A program made the translations under genes and the position numbers. This document shows, in pieces, positions 25,966 through 38,612 of a stretch of 64,000 bases of DNA; the stretch's first letter is position 1, and each line of letters starts with the position of its first letter. This DNA is from Octopus sinensis (taxonomy: Eukaryota): NCBI RefSeq assembly GCF_006345805.1, contig NC_043000.1, forward strand, positions 32,178,001-32,242,000. The letters are read 5' to 3'. The notes beneath the pieces were generated by a model that saw nothing but the letters and a program-made list of their open reading frames with translations, had not been told where the DNA came from and made no database searches.

Positions 25966-28900
25966 TATGTTGGATATAATGAATAAAGAATTCACTGCCA
26001 AGCAGTAGAAAAAAATCTCTGGGTTGATAGCATTAAGAAGCCTCAAGAAATACGAAATGTGTCTGTTGTTCTTGGTGAGGCATTGCAGCAATGATGTTCA
26101 TTCCACTCCCACATATACTGTGTTTTTTGACAGAACGAGTCTATGAAGAGATTTTATCTCAGGCAATTCCACAGTATCATGCCCTCTAATTGTGTGTATA
26201 CATTTAGTATGATACACAGATGGCAATTTCATTTTATGTGGTTTCAATTGTATACACCAAATATAAATGGCACATAAAAATACCCACTACACTCTCAGAG
26301 TAGTTGGCATTAGGTAGGGTATCCAACTCTAGAAACATTGCCAGATCGGATTGGAGCCTGGTACAGCCTTCAGGCTTGCCAGCCCTCAGTCAAACCATCC
26401 AAACCATGCCAGCATGGAAAGCAGATGTTAAACGATGATGATGAGGGTGATGAAAAAAAATGCTTACAGACGACACAAATACTTTGTTCCAAAATGTTAG
26501 TGTCTTTTTTGTTTCACTAAAAGTTTTTCAAATAATTGAATAACTTTCAAGAAAGACTTTCTTCAAAGATTCTGACTATATCAAGTATGTTTTGCAAAAA
26601 CTTTTCAACATATAAGTTACTTGGTGATCTCACTGATACTGGTACCATGTAAAAAGCACCAAATATCCTCTGTAAAATGGTTGGAATTAAGAAGGGCATC
26701 TATCCATAGAAATCATTTCAAAGTAGACAGCAAAGCTTGCTGCAGTCTTCTGCCTTGCCAGTTCCTCTCAAAGCATCCAACCATGCCAGCATGGAAAACA
26801 GTCATTAAATGATAATGATGGTTATATAACACACACATACGAGCACAGGGGGCAAATGTGGGCAAAATAGTACTCAAATAGCCATGGTTGAGTAAAATAG
26901 GGCTTCACTGAAGCTGAAAAGCCTTCCCAAACTGTTACTCAGAGTTTCCTGTAATTAATCACCACCACACAAGGATGAATATTTAAACTGCTGCATCGTT
27001 CTGATGATTGGTGACATGAAACTGGGAAAGAGTTTGGAAAGTTTTTGCAGCCACAAGAAATTCTTGTCTTTTATCTTTGATGTTTTATTTGTTTCAATCA
27101 CTGGACTTCAGCCATAATGGAGCATCACCTTGAAGTGTTTAGCCAATCAGATCAATTCCAGTACTTTTAGTTTTTTTTTTTTTTGAAAACCTGGTACTTA
27201 TTCTATTTGTCGCTTTTGTCAAAATCACAATAGGATGTAAATAAACCAACACCAGTTGATAAGTTATGGTGTGGGAGAAACACACACACACACATATATG
27301 CAACTGCCTTCTTTCAGTTTTCATCTACCAAATCCACTCACAAGGCTTTGATTGGCCTGGGGCTATAAGAAGCCACTTGCCCAAGATGCTGCACAACAAA
27401 ACTAAATGTGAGATCTCTTGGTTGGGAATCAAGCTTCTTAACCACTGGGCCACGTCTGTATTTTATAATGGGACAGAAACAAGACTCAAGACAAGACAAC
27501 AAGCTCAGAAAAATTCAGTAAATAGTCGAAGGGTAGGAATAGGGACAAGAGAGAGAACAACCAAGCTATACATCATCATCATCATAGTTTAACATCTGTT
27601 TTCCATACTGGCATGGATTAGACAGTTTGATTGGGGTCTGGCAAGTCAGGAGGCTGCACCAGGCCCCAATCTGATCTGGCAAGAAAATAAAAGGTGAAAA
27701 TAGTGAAGATTTTTGTAGCCAAAATATTTCTTTTTAATTTAGTTACAAAACCTGCAGTTTTAAAGAAGGTGGTCCCGTTAATTGCATCAACCCCAGTAAC
27801 TTCAGTAGTACTTATTTTATTGACCCCCACAAGGATGACCAACAAAACTGACCTCAGCAGTATTTGAGTGAGTGAGAAGAAATGCTGCTGAGCAGTTTGT
27901 CCAATACACCAAAGATTCTGGCAGCTTGTGGACTTCTTTTGTGGTTGAAAAAGTGCAAGACAAAAGACTCTAAAGAGTGTGTATCTGATGCAGGAAGAGA
28001 AAATGGGAAATGAAAAATTTTTAATTTCATCATTAGCCATTGATGAAGAAAAGAGAAGCAACAAAGAGCTGCAGGGTGTAGGGGAGGAGGATATCGGAAT
28101 GGAAAGAAGAAAGGATGCTGAGAAAGGAAGTTGACAGGAGACAGAAAATGAGAAAAGCAGGAGGACAAAGAATTAGGGATTGAGAAAGAGGCGGGGGTGG
28201 GGGTGGATAGCAAGAATAATGTCACAAATGAAAGGGAAAATTCCTCAATTGTTTCATCTGATCTATTGATTTCTCATTTGGTATCTTGTCCTCTGATTTA
28301 CATAATGACACACATAAAACCCTCTTCCCCACCACTATTGTTAACTTGCCACAAGGTGGTGGTGGTGGTAGTAGTAGTAGTATGATGGAGGGATGAAAAA
28401 ATGTGAAGCAATGACACTGGGAGTAGGAGGAAGCGGAGGAGAAGGAAACAAGAGGAAAGTTAAGAAGAAGCAGTGATGTTTGATGGCACAGTGATGGAAT
28501 TGAAGGTGGACCACACCATGTGGTGAGATGCTGCATTAAAATAGATGTCAAACACATAACATGGGAAGGTGAATGCAAAAACAATGATGGCAACAACAAT
28601 GGCGAATGAAAATTCAGCAGAAAGGAGAGTGAATATAATTGACTGATGCTATTGCAATGAGTGATGGTAGATGACAGATGGCATGGTACATGAATGACAT
28701 CACTGCATCCACCATTAGTTGGTGATTAGCCACCCCTGATGAATGACACCTTTGCACCACTCAGGCCACAACCCTCCAACCCATGGGTGTGTTTGGGGAG
28801 GTCATTTACGAGGTCAGAGTGCAAATCATACTTCAACCTCTTTTGGTCACCTTTTACGACATACAAAGGAAACGTTGGGTCAATTCTTTGACATGCTGGT

Positions 28901-29802
28901 CCCCACACAGCACCATTATTCTCTGAACTCCCTAAAGAATTATACAGAAGAAATAAGGGACCAAATGTACTTAAAACAGATTACAATGATGATGGTGCAG
29001 CATCACCCTTGATATACATCTGTTTTTGTTTTTAGTTTTATTTCCATATTTGATGATTACACTATTGAGACAAAATTTAGCTGCTGGATGCCTTTCCTGT
29101 TGCTAACTCTTAAGTTTTTCAAGTAAGGGATCTCTTCTTCAGCATGGCTTTGTATAAAGTGAGAGGAGGATTTGTTGACAGAAGTGGCAACAGCATCACC
29201 ACTCACACACAGGTTATAATTTCAATAGAAATGAGCACAGATGTAAACAAACCCACAGACAGCACACATACAACAGTCTGTTTTCAGTTTTTTTTTTCTA
29301 CCAAATCAACTCACAAGGCTTTAGTTGGCCCAGGGCCCAAATTGCTGTGCAGTAGGACTGAACTCCAACTTATGTGATTGGGATGGAAACTTCAACTATA
29401 AAGCCACACCCGTTACCAGAATATATTCTACATCAACAGGGAAAGTTGTACATGATGGCTACATCTGTTGGAAATGGCAACCAAATGTCCCTTAAATCAT
29501 AGCTTGCTATCTTAAAAATAAAGACACAGTGTGATATATAATCCTAGATAGACAGGGACATAGAAGAGTCACAGTCAAAACAACTCTCTTCCTAAGATTC
29601 CTTGGTCAGAGGTGCCGTAAATTGAAACAAGAAGTAAATATTTTATTTGCTTTACAGTGAAAATAACAGGCGTGCTTCCCAACCATGTGATACCAGGTTC
29701 AATTCCACTGCATGGCACAAGTATCTACTATTGTAGCTCTGAGCTGGCCAAAGCCTTGTTAGTAGATTTGGTAGACAGAAATTAAAAGAAGCTTAACATA
29801 TG

Positions 29803-29851
<49 letters not shown>

Positions 29852-30861
29852 GCACCAATATCATCTAAACAATGGCACTCATTTCCAGTTTTCTTCCACG
29901 AAAAACTTGTCTGGCCAAAGAAAAAAAATTATTTTGCTTGGAAACAGATAAGGGTTGATAACAGGCAGGGTATCCAGACGCAGAATATTCGCCTGAATAA
30001 ATTCCGTCTGACCCATGCAGACATGGAAAAGTAGGCATTAAACCATTAAACAACAATGGTGACAATAATGAGAGCCAAACTAAGATCTAGAAGGCATGGA
30101 ATTAAATACTAAAACTATTTAATCAGCCATTCCATATTTATGGCAATTTCAATACATTTGGGTTTAAAAGAATTGTTAAAACCCAGAGAAATAATCATAG
30201 AATAAATGGTCGTGCTGAAGACTAGAAACACAAGTCTGAAATTATTGAAATTATTTTTAAAATTTCCTTTGAGTATTTATCTGTCTAGAGAGATTTCTTT
30301 AACAATAAGTCTAGAAACATAAATCGTTAATTTAATTCAACTTATAATTTATTGTTGCTGCCTCAGCTTAATTACTGCTACAGAATAATGAGAATTTTTC
30401 AATGAAATATTGGCAAACTTTAAGAACAATTGGTGGTAAATACTAAAACCATTAATGTGAACATGAAGCTCATGGTGTTTAGTTTCAGTCTTTGTAGTTC
30501 TTGGTTCAAATCCTGCCAGAATTTAGTTAACATTTCATCTCTCAAAGGACTTGAAAAATCAAAACTTCAAGCTGTCTCTGATTGATCATCCATCATTTAA
30601 TGTCCATTTTCTATTCTGGTTTGGACAGTTTAAGAGGATTCAACAAACCAGATGACCACATCGAGCTCCACTTTCGGTTTTGGCATGGTTTTTATGGCTG
30701 GATGCATTTCTTAAAGCCAACCATTTTACAAAGTGTGCAGTGTGCATTTTTCATGGCACTGACACTAGTGAGGTCAGCAAGTAACTCACAAGACAAAGGA
30801 AAAGACCATTCAAGGGAATGGGGTTGTAGCATAGAGGGGAGATGGCTTTATGCCAGGAGTT

Positions 30862-31295
30862 GAGAAGTTAAGTTAATTATTTGGCTCAAAAAGCAAAAAA
30901 GCAAGGCCATGTAGGGGGACATGGAGTTATGTACAGGGTGGTGTTCATGTAAAGAGTTCAGGCCACTTGTGGTCAAGGGAGACTTTGAACCGAGTGGTCG
31001 TCGGCATCTTCACTATCTCGTCCAGCAGCTTATTGCACAGATCCGCAACCCGGACGGAGAAAGCCCCTCTCCTTCGATTGAGATGAAATCGTCGCAGATA
31101 GAGCTTTTCAGAGTGACCCCGCAGTCGACGCTCTGGAGCAGGAGTGAAGAACAGCTCTTTCGAGAGGTTACACTTTCTGCTTATGATGTTGTGAGCAAGA
31201 ATGAGATCACCACGGCGGCGGTGTTTTTCTAGAGAATAAAGGTCGAGCGTCTTCAGCCTTTCTTCATAAGACAAATGCTTGAGACAATGTATGAT
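30862..31295 (-). mobile_element. CR1-clade LINE 3' fragment
   Basis: LSYEERLKTLDLYSLE..RRRGDLI..LRGHSEKL..R..AFSVRV; short UTR ending in taact repeats. Confidence 0.88.
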
Positions 31296-31701
31296 CGAAG
31301 GGCAGGGGCCTTGCAGTAGGAGAAATATATGGCTATCAGAGCTGGAAAGAGAGATTGTAGTTCTGATTATATCTGATAGCATCTCTAACTGAAATTCTTT
31401 ACAAAGAACTGTTTGGGTTTCATGCCATCTGCTAAAAATAGTAGATAATATTGTTGACATTTTAGAATTTGATTTCTTAATCTTCAGAGATAATATCAGA
31501 GCTGTGACCTAAATGACTTTTGAGACCAACAGACCAGTACCGTGAATTTATTGAGTTTTCTTACCAACAAATGAGTACCAAGGGATTTGTGGAGAGAGTA
31601 CTCTAATTCTATAATCCTTTAGTTAAACAATTTCTCTGATGCTGTATTTAGTGATATTGCTTTATTGAAATATGGAAAGTAAATATATGAATGTGGCTTA
31701 C

Positions 31702-31732
31702 CTCGGTGGATCAGTGTCGAAGAACAAAAGAT
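31702..31732 (-). CDS. SNX14: SNX14 31-bp internal exon (N-LLFFDTDPP-R)
   Basis: Acceptor tttctttccttccAG, donor GTaagc; phase 1 to 2; resembles human DAIFCENTEPR. Confidence 0.88.
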
Positions 31733-32029
31733 CTGGAAGGAAAGAAACATAGACACGTATCACTATAAACACACATTATCTCATGCGTACACACAACAAA
31801 CAAACAAGACAGTGAAGCCCTTGCTGCACCAAGATGTAAGTTTTTATCTTCTGGTGTTGGATAAATAATTTAATGAGGCAGGAGGAAAGAAAGTAGTCAC
31901 ACGATGCAATACAATTGCTGTTACATTGGGTTAAATACTCTCTGCCAACAACTCACAGAGAACAGCTGCTGACCCTGAACTGTTGACAGTTCTTTCTTTT
32001 ATAGTAATGTGCCAGTCCACTTTTAGTTA

Positions 32030-32830
32030 GATGGGGATGGTCGGAATCCTTCCACAACATAACTGAAAATGTAGATTATGTCTTATATCTGTAAAAGCAG
32101 CTGCCCAAAGATAGTATCAAGGTACTACCTTCCTATGAGACACAACACTGTTGCAAAAACAATATACAATATCTATTTCTTTACTACCCACAAGGGGCTA
32201 AACACAGAGAGGACAAACAAGGACAGACAAACGGATTAAGTCGATTATATCGACCCCAGTGCATAACTGGTACTTAATTTATTGACCCCGAAAGGATGAA
32301 AGGCAAAGTCGACCTCAGCGGAATTTGAACCCAGAATGTAACGGCAGACGAAATACAGCTATGCATTTCGCCTAGCGTACTAACATTTCTGCCAGCTCGT
32401 TCGGAAAAAAAGACTGTCCCGGAATAAATACAGACAATCCCCACTGTTTTTGGATACATACACAAATATCAACTCAAGAAATATTGGTGGAACATTCCCA
32501 TTAAAACATCGGTCAAGTGTAAACATAACAGGTTGGATATTCTTGCTTGGGACAGACAAAAAAAACATGTACTGTCATAGAGGTCAACTCATGTAAAAAT
32601 CTCTTTGAAAATCAAAGAGAAAGAGGATAACTATGGACAATGTTTCAAAACCTCCAGTTTCTGTATCCAGATTATAAATTCACATTTAAACCAATAATGA
32701 GTGTTGTGCATGGTTTCGTGAGTAAATGCCTGAGTTTCAATCTGGATAAGCTTGGATCTTCAGAAAAAGGAAATCAGCCAACTCACACATTACAAACATG
32801 ATGACTTTTCTCAAGTTTAAAATGTGACAT
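32030..32830 (+). mobile_element. Highly degenerate RLE-type retrotransposon 3' fragment interrupted by SINE B (32173-32400)
   Basis: SCPK..RHNTVAK..WWNIPIKT..HNRLDILAWD..VIEV remnants. Confidence 0.6.
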
Positions 32831-33517
32831 CGTTTCGGTTATCTATATTCCAAAGGTGAAGCTTTATATCTTTGTTAGAAACAAGTTCCTTTCTCAAGGG
32901 AAGAATAAAGAAAATTAAAAACAAAAGAGAACACACACACACACACAAACCTATGATCACACTTATTCCATCAATGACCATCTCCTCCTACTTTTTCAAA
33001 GCTCAGTGTAATTGCGATTACATTATACAAGATCTTTCATTAAGAGACAGTAAGGTGTAACTTGAGGGAGATTTGGCTACTATTTCTAACAGCTCAAATT
33101 ACAATACAGAGGCTCCTTCAATGACATCTCTTTAGTAAAGGAGATGAGGGATCATAAAAAATGTACCAGTAATAAACTGTAGTCAGTAAAAGATCAGCAG
33201 AGTCAGTAGAGCATCAGACAAGATACCTTGTGGTATCTATTCTGCCTCGTTGCAGCCTAAGTTCAAATCCTGCTAAGGTCTAGTTTGTCATTTACCCTTC
33301 TGGGGCCAATAAAACAAAATAACAATCTAGAGTAGTAGACAGGAAGAACAAGTAGAGCATCAAATAGGAATCCTTGTGTTATTCGTTTAACTGTGGTTTC
33401 ACTTCTCAATTTTAATTTCACCAAAGCCTACTCGGTCAGGGCCAGGATAGCACCAAAACCTAATTCTTCCGTCACTTGCTCTAATATCACCCCTTTGTAG
33501 TCACCTTTTTATATACC

Positions 33518-33742
33518 TATTTCTTTACTACCCACAAGGGGCTAAACACAGAAGGGACAAACAAGGACAGACAAATGGATTAAGTCGATTATATTGACCC
33601 CAGTGCATAACTGGTACTTATTTAATCGATCCCGAAAGGATGAAAGGCAAAGTCGACCTCAGCGGAATTTGAATTCAGAATGTAGCGACAGACGAAATAC
33701 TCCTGAGCTTTCGCCCAGTGTGCTAACGCTTCTGCCAGCTCG
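33518..33742 (-). mobile_element. SINE subfamily B with 14-bp TSD
   Basis: TSD cctttttatatacc at 33504-33517 and 33743-33756. Confidence 0.85.
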
Positions 33743-35033
33743 CCTTTTTATATACCTTGAGGGTTACATCCTGACACCTCATCATCAACATCTTTTTTCT
33801 TTCTTTCCCCCTGGGGCTGTGGTATGTATCTCTTCTACAACCAGATACCTGTTCTTGTCTCCTTGTCAAACTTTAGCCTCTCTGCACACCTCACATAAAA
33901 CCATCTCCTTCAATGTTATTCCCTACCCACTCTGTCAAGGATGTTTGCAAGTTACTTACCAATCCAACTAATACCCTTTGTTACACTTTGTGAAACAGCT
34001 GGAATTAGGAAAGGCATCCAGCTGTAGAAATCGTTCCAAAGCAGACAACGGAACCTGGTGCAGTTCTTTGGCTCAACGGATCCTGTTGAACCACCCAACT
34101 CATGCCAGCATGGAAGATGGACTTTAGAAGATGATGATTATGACCTGGCTCTTGACTGCTTTCAGTGGAAGAGTCCACTCTGTAATATGTATCTGAGTCA
34201 GGTCTCCTACCTTAGGAGACACCTTCCTCCACCAGTTACAGAGATCTTGAAAAGGGGTCACGAACCCTAGTCTTGCCCCTGCTAAGGCAAGGATATAAAA
34301 AAATTTTTTTTTTTTTTTTAAATTTCCCTACAACATTTTGACCTTGGGTTTATTCAAAAGACATTATCCAAATCATTTGAGAAGATTCCATTAAGCCACA
34401 ACAAACTACAGAAGTACACGGTAAGTTCCAAAGAGTGGAATGCCGCGCCCAGTGAGCTCTTTAGTTGGTTGTTCTGAAGTGGGGAGTAAGGGGGTGGTGT
34501 GGTGGAGATCAATGAAGATCAGTGTTGTACTTAAAAAGATGTTGCTAAGTGCCAATAATGGTAGAAAAGTGACTAGTGTTCAGGCCAGAGGCAAACAACA
34601 CCTTCGTCAGTCGACCGTTACAATTCCTTTATATCTATCAACTACAATTACAAAATATACACGGCTTCTTCTTCTTCTTCTTCTTCTTCTTCATACATAA
34701 TAGAAACGACAAGTCTAGTTTCTTATTTACCACATTCATTAGAGATAAGACTAAGTTGTTATTAAATCTATCCATTTATATTGATTTCCTGATGAAACCG
34801 AAGATGTTCTCGAAACAAAAATAATGGAAAGAACAAAAAAAAAGCAAACAAACAAAAAGAAACAACAAGAAAATGAAAATGAAGAAAAAGAAAAAGAATA
34901 AAAAAATAATCCTAATAAATAAATATGGCTGCTATATTTCGAAACTTGATTAATACAATGGTGTATAATTAAATAGTATATGAGAGAGTAATTTGACAAT
35001 TTCTCTGTGTAAAACTGTAATCAATAGACCTAC

Positions 35034-35198
35034 TTTTAATAATGTTGATATAATAAGCCAACCGATGCTCCTGACAGATCTGGAAATATTTCTGTTGAAT
35101 ATAATACTGTACATAACTCTCTATGGTGCGTTTCAACAGCATTCGGAACATAATAAGTATGTGATGGAACCATTCTGGGATATGGTACACATAACGAG
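35034..35198 (-). CDS. SNX14: SNX14 internal exon, Nexin_C region (A-RYVYHIPEWFHHILIMFRMLLKRTIESYVQYYIQQKYFQICQEHRLAYYINIIK)
   Basis: Acceptor ttctttttctttttAG, donor GTaggt; 165 bp, phase 1 to 1; strong resemblance to human RVVFQVPDWLHHLL...EQLFQEHRLVSLI. Confidence 0.92.
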
Positions 35199-37448
35199 CT
35201 AAAAAGAAAAAGAACAAAATTTTTACAAATATTAAAAAAAAAGATTATGTTAAATTCAACTTTCTTTACCTTTACTAAATACATTTTACAAAGAGCATTT
35301 GCAGTGGTGGTGGAGGTGGTCATGGTGGTGGTGGAGGCGCTGGTAGTGGTGGTGGTCACCGTCGTGCTGCTGCTGCTGTTGTTGTTGTTAAGCAACAAGA
35401 GGGGTAAAGGTGATTAGGTGATGGTCTAGGGCTTAGGGGCAGGAGACCCCAGACCATGGAAAAAAAAAAATCTTTGGTTATCTTGTTGTAGTCAAGGGCT
35501 CTTCATTGACGCCCGACACCACTGGGAGGTGGCCCTCGAAGTTGCTGGAAATGGAGATCTCCAGGTCCAAATTCTTGAACGGCAGCTGCTGCTGCTGGTG
35601 GTGGTGGTGGTGGTGGCAGTGGTATAAGTAACAGGTTTCTAATTAAACAAGGAAGCATCAGAGAACAGAAACGGACCCCATGACCTGGTTTTTATTCCTT
35701 GTTTCACTTGAACCTGTTTGGTACTAACCTGCCCAAAGCCACCCCTAATTCTATGATACAAACTTCCTGTTTGAAAGGGATCAATATTAAAAATTTCCAT
35801 GAAAACCTGAGGTTCATTTATGTTCCAGACACCAGCTTAAATAATGACAAAGGCATTTGATTCCATCCTTTATTATTTTTGAAACAAACTGACATAAAGA
35901 GGAAGTATTTCAGCAGAAATATGGCAACAAAAAGGAGTAAGATTATTGGACAATCAACTGAGGGAGACCAGGACATTGAATCACATGACACAGCCCAGTC
36001 TATATGGCTGTAAATGGGTTGCACAAGGTAACAACTTATTACTGTAATAATGGGCACAGATGTGGCTATGTGGTTAAGAAGTTTGCTTTCCAGCCACAGG
36101 GTTCGAGGTTCAATCCCACAGTGTGGCACCTTGGCCAAGGGTTTTCTACTAGGGCCCAAAGCCGGATGAGTGGATTTGATACAAGGGAAACTTAAATGTA
36201 TGTGTGTGTGTGTCTTTGCCATGACATCATGTAAAATGGTTGTCACCATCATTCGAGCAATGTCATTTATCTCCAATATTCTGCACAGACCTATATGGCC
36301 ATGGAGGGGAAATATTGCTTTGATTGGAAACAGAAGAAGGAAGGTTGGTGATAGAAAGGGCATCCAACCATAGAGAAATTTGCCTCAATAAACTGTGCCA
36401 AACCTTTGCAAACATGGAAAAGTGGACGTTAAAATGGTGAGCAGTAATATTTTATCTCTTCTACCAGGTTTGTCTCCACCTGTGGGAAAAAGCTAGAAGT
36501 GAAGGATGGGTTCCATCAGGCTGGTTACCAAAAGTTCCTCATGTGAAACTAGCACCTCTAACAGTGACCCAATTTCAAAATAATACTTTGCATATATTCC
36601 ATGCCTGCCTCAAGAACACAAATACCAACAATGCAAAATTTATTTATAGTTAGCTAATTAACATAACATTATTATTTGGTAGCTGATTATTGTAACATTG
36701 TTATTAGTCAGTTAATTAACGTAACATTTTTTCTTGTTAGCTTTGTATAATCACTGAATTAAATATGTCGACACTAATTTAATTATAAAAGCAATCAATA
36801 AGTAGACTTTAAGAAAGTTGAACAAATCTTTGTCCCCATGTCCCATGCTTTGCATATGCAGACTGACCGGATTTGCTGTTAGCAGCAATTCTTTCACAAT
36901 AAATACAACAACCGTCTCAGACATTTGGCAAAGAGCAATCCTGAAAAGAAACAAAGTGGGCTGAAATAAGCAAGAAATGGATTTGCTACTGCAATGCAGA
37001 CAGTGTCCAATGAAACCCATCTCAGTGATTCTGTTCAACCTGGCTTCTCGTTCTTGTTCCAAACATTCCGAGTTCAAATCCCTCCAAGGTTAATACTGCT
37101 TTACATCCTTCCAGAGACAATGTATACGGTACCAGTGAAATACTGAGGGTTACTAACTTCTTATCTCAGAACTAACTGCACCATAACTTGAAGGGGCCAT
37201 AAAAGGCCACACCCAATGTCCCTTTCTTCTAGACAATAGAGAAGAAATCAGCAATGAAGTGTAAATTGGTCTAGGAAAAATGCCAAATGGTGTGACACAG
37301 AGCTAATGACGTGGTATGAAGCAGTGTCGTCATGCGATGTAGTTTAGTATAAAACATTTTATTAGAGTGGTGTAGTGAAGTGTTATACAGTGTGAGACTA
37401 TGGATGGAACCTGCTGTGGCCCCTGGCCCTGCCAGCTCTGGTCAAACC

Positions 37449-37668
37449 TATTTCTTTACTACCCACACAGGGTTAAACACAGAGAGGACAAACAAGGACA
37501 GACAAACGAATTAAGTCGATTATATACCAGTGTGTAACTGGTACTTAATTTATCGACCCCGAAAGGATGAAAGGCAAAGTCGACCTCGGCAGAATTTGAA
37601 CTCAGAACGTAATGGCAGAAGAAATACAACTACGCATTTCGCCCGGCGTGCTAACGTTTCTGCCAGCT
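37449..37668 (-). mobile_element. SINE subfamily B inserted in an RTE-UTR copy
   Basis: Duplicated ctgccagctctggtcaaacc at 37429-37448 and 37660-37679. Confidence 0.85.
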
Positions 37669-38491
37669 CTGGTCAAACCATCCAACCCATGCTAGGGCAG
37701 AAAATGGACAGATGATGATGATGACATACGCAATGTGGTGCTATTCAGTATGCTGTCATACAGTGTAGTGCCACAGTGTATAGCATAGTGCAGCAAGGTA
37801 TTTCCAGTGGAATGGAATGTACTTCAGTAATAGCTTTGTAAAGTAGAGTACAGTATATGGTGCAGTACTCTTATTAGATTTGATATACTTCTGGTAGATG
37901 TCACTTTAGTCTTAAGTCACACACATCATTACTTCTCCATGTTAACAATTAGAAGGAATAACTGTCTGTAGCAGTCTAGTCCTTCCATCTGGCACAATGT
38001 TAAGGTAAACGCACTGCTTCTGTCGGTGGTGGTGGTGGTGGTGATGTGAATGATGATATTGCGGATCAATGGGAGCAGCAGCAGCAGCAAAGATAACATT
38101 TATTGTGTGGAAGAGCCATTCTAGCAATTTTGTAACATGCCAAAACAGACAATTGGAGTCTGGAGCAGCTCTCAGACTTGCTAGCTGCTGTGAAACTGTC
38201 CAACCCATGCCAGCATGGAAAACAGATGTTAAATGATGATGGTGATGAAGAGATATATTTAAATCTAAAGAGTCTTTTAAGAGTTTTATATGTTATTAAA
38301 TGGCTGAAATGGTTCTTCCGTGATGCAGTTTGCTCAGGGTTAATCCATGGTCTCAGATCGAGTCACTTGCAAGACAAATACAAACACCGGAAAAAAAAAC
38401 CTCAAACAAATCAAAACAAAAGACAACTTTGATAGTTGAAGAGTTAAATAAATATTGTAATACAATGTAATAAAATGTATAAAAGTCTTAC

Positions 38492-38612
38492 CAATATAAA
38501 TAAACATATTGAAAATGCCATGGATGCTACCAACTGGGAGATTATCTGAGACAGCAGGTAACGGGTAGGAATTCTCACAATTGAAATTGTTCTCAAACAA
38601 TGGACTAGAAAA
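38492..38612 (-). CDS. SNX14: SNX14 internal exon (FSSPLFENNFNCENSYPLPAVSDNLPVGSIHGIFNMFIYI)
   Basis: Acceptor polyT-gtttcAG, donor GTaaga; 121 bp, phase 0 to 1; resembles human LFNDLFKNN...EGVYDYLMYV. Confidence 0.88.

Noticed and set aside
28733-28880. Plus-strand CTGATGA...GAAACGTT as another hammerhead
   Set aside because: Stem II cannot close next to the cores and the spacing is ~125 nt; likely coincidental
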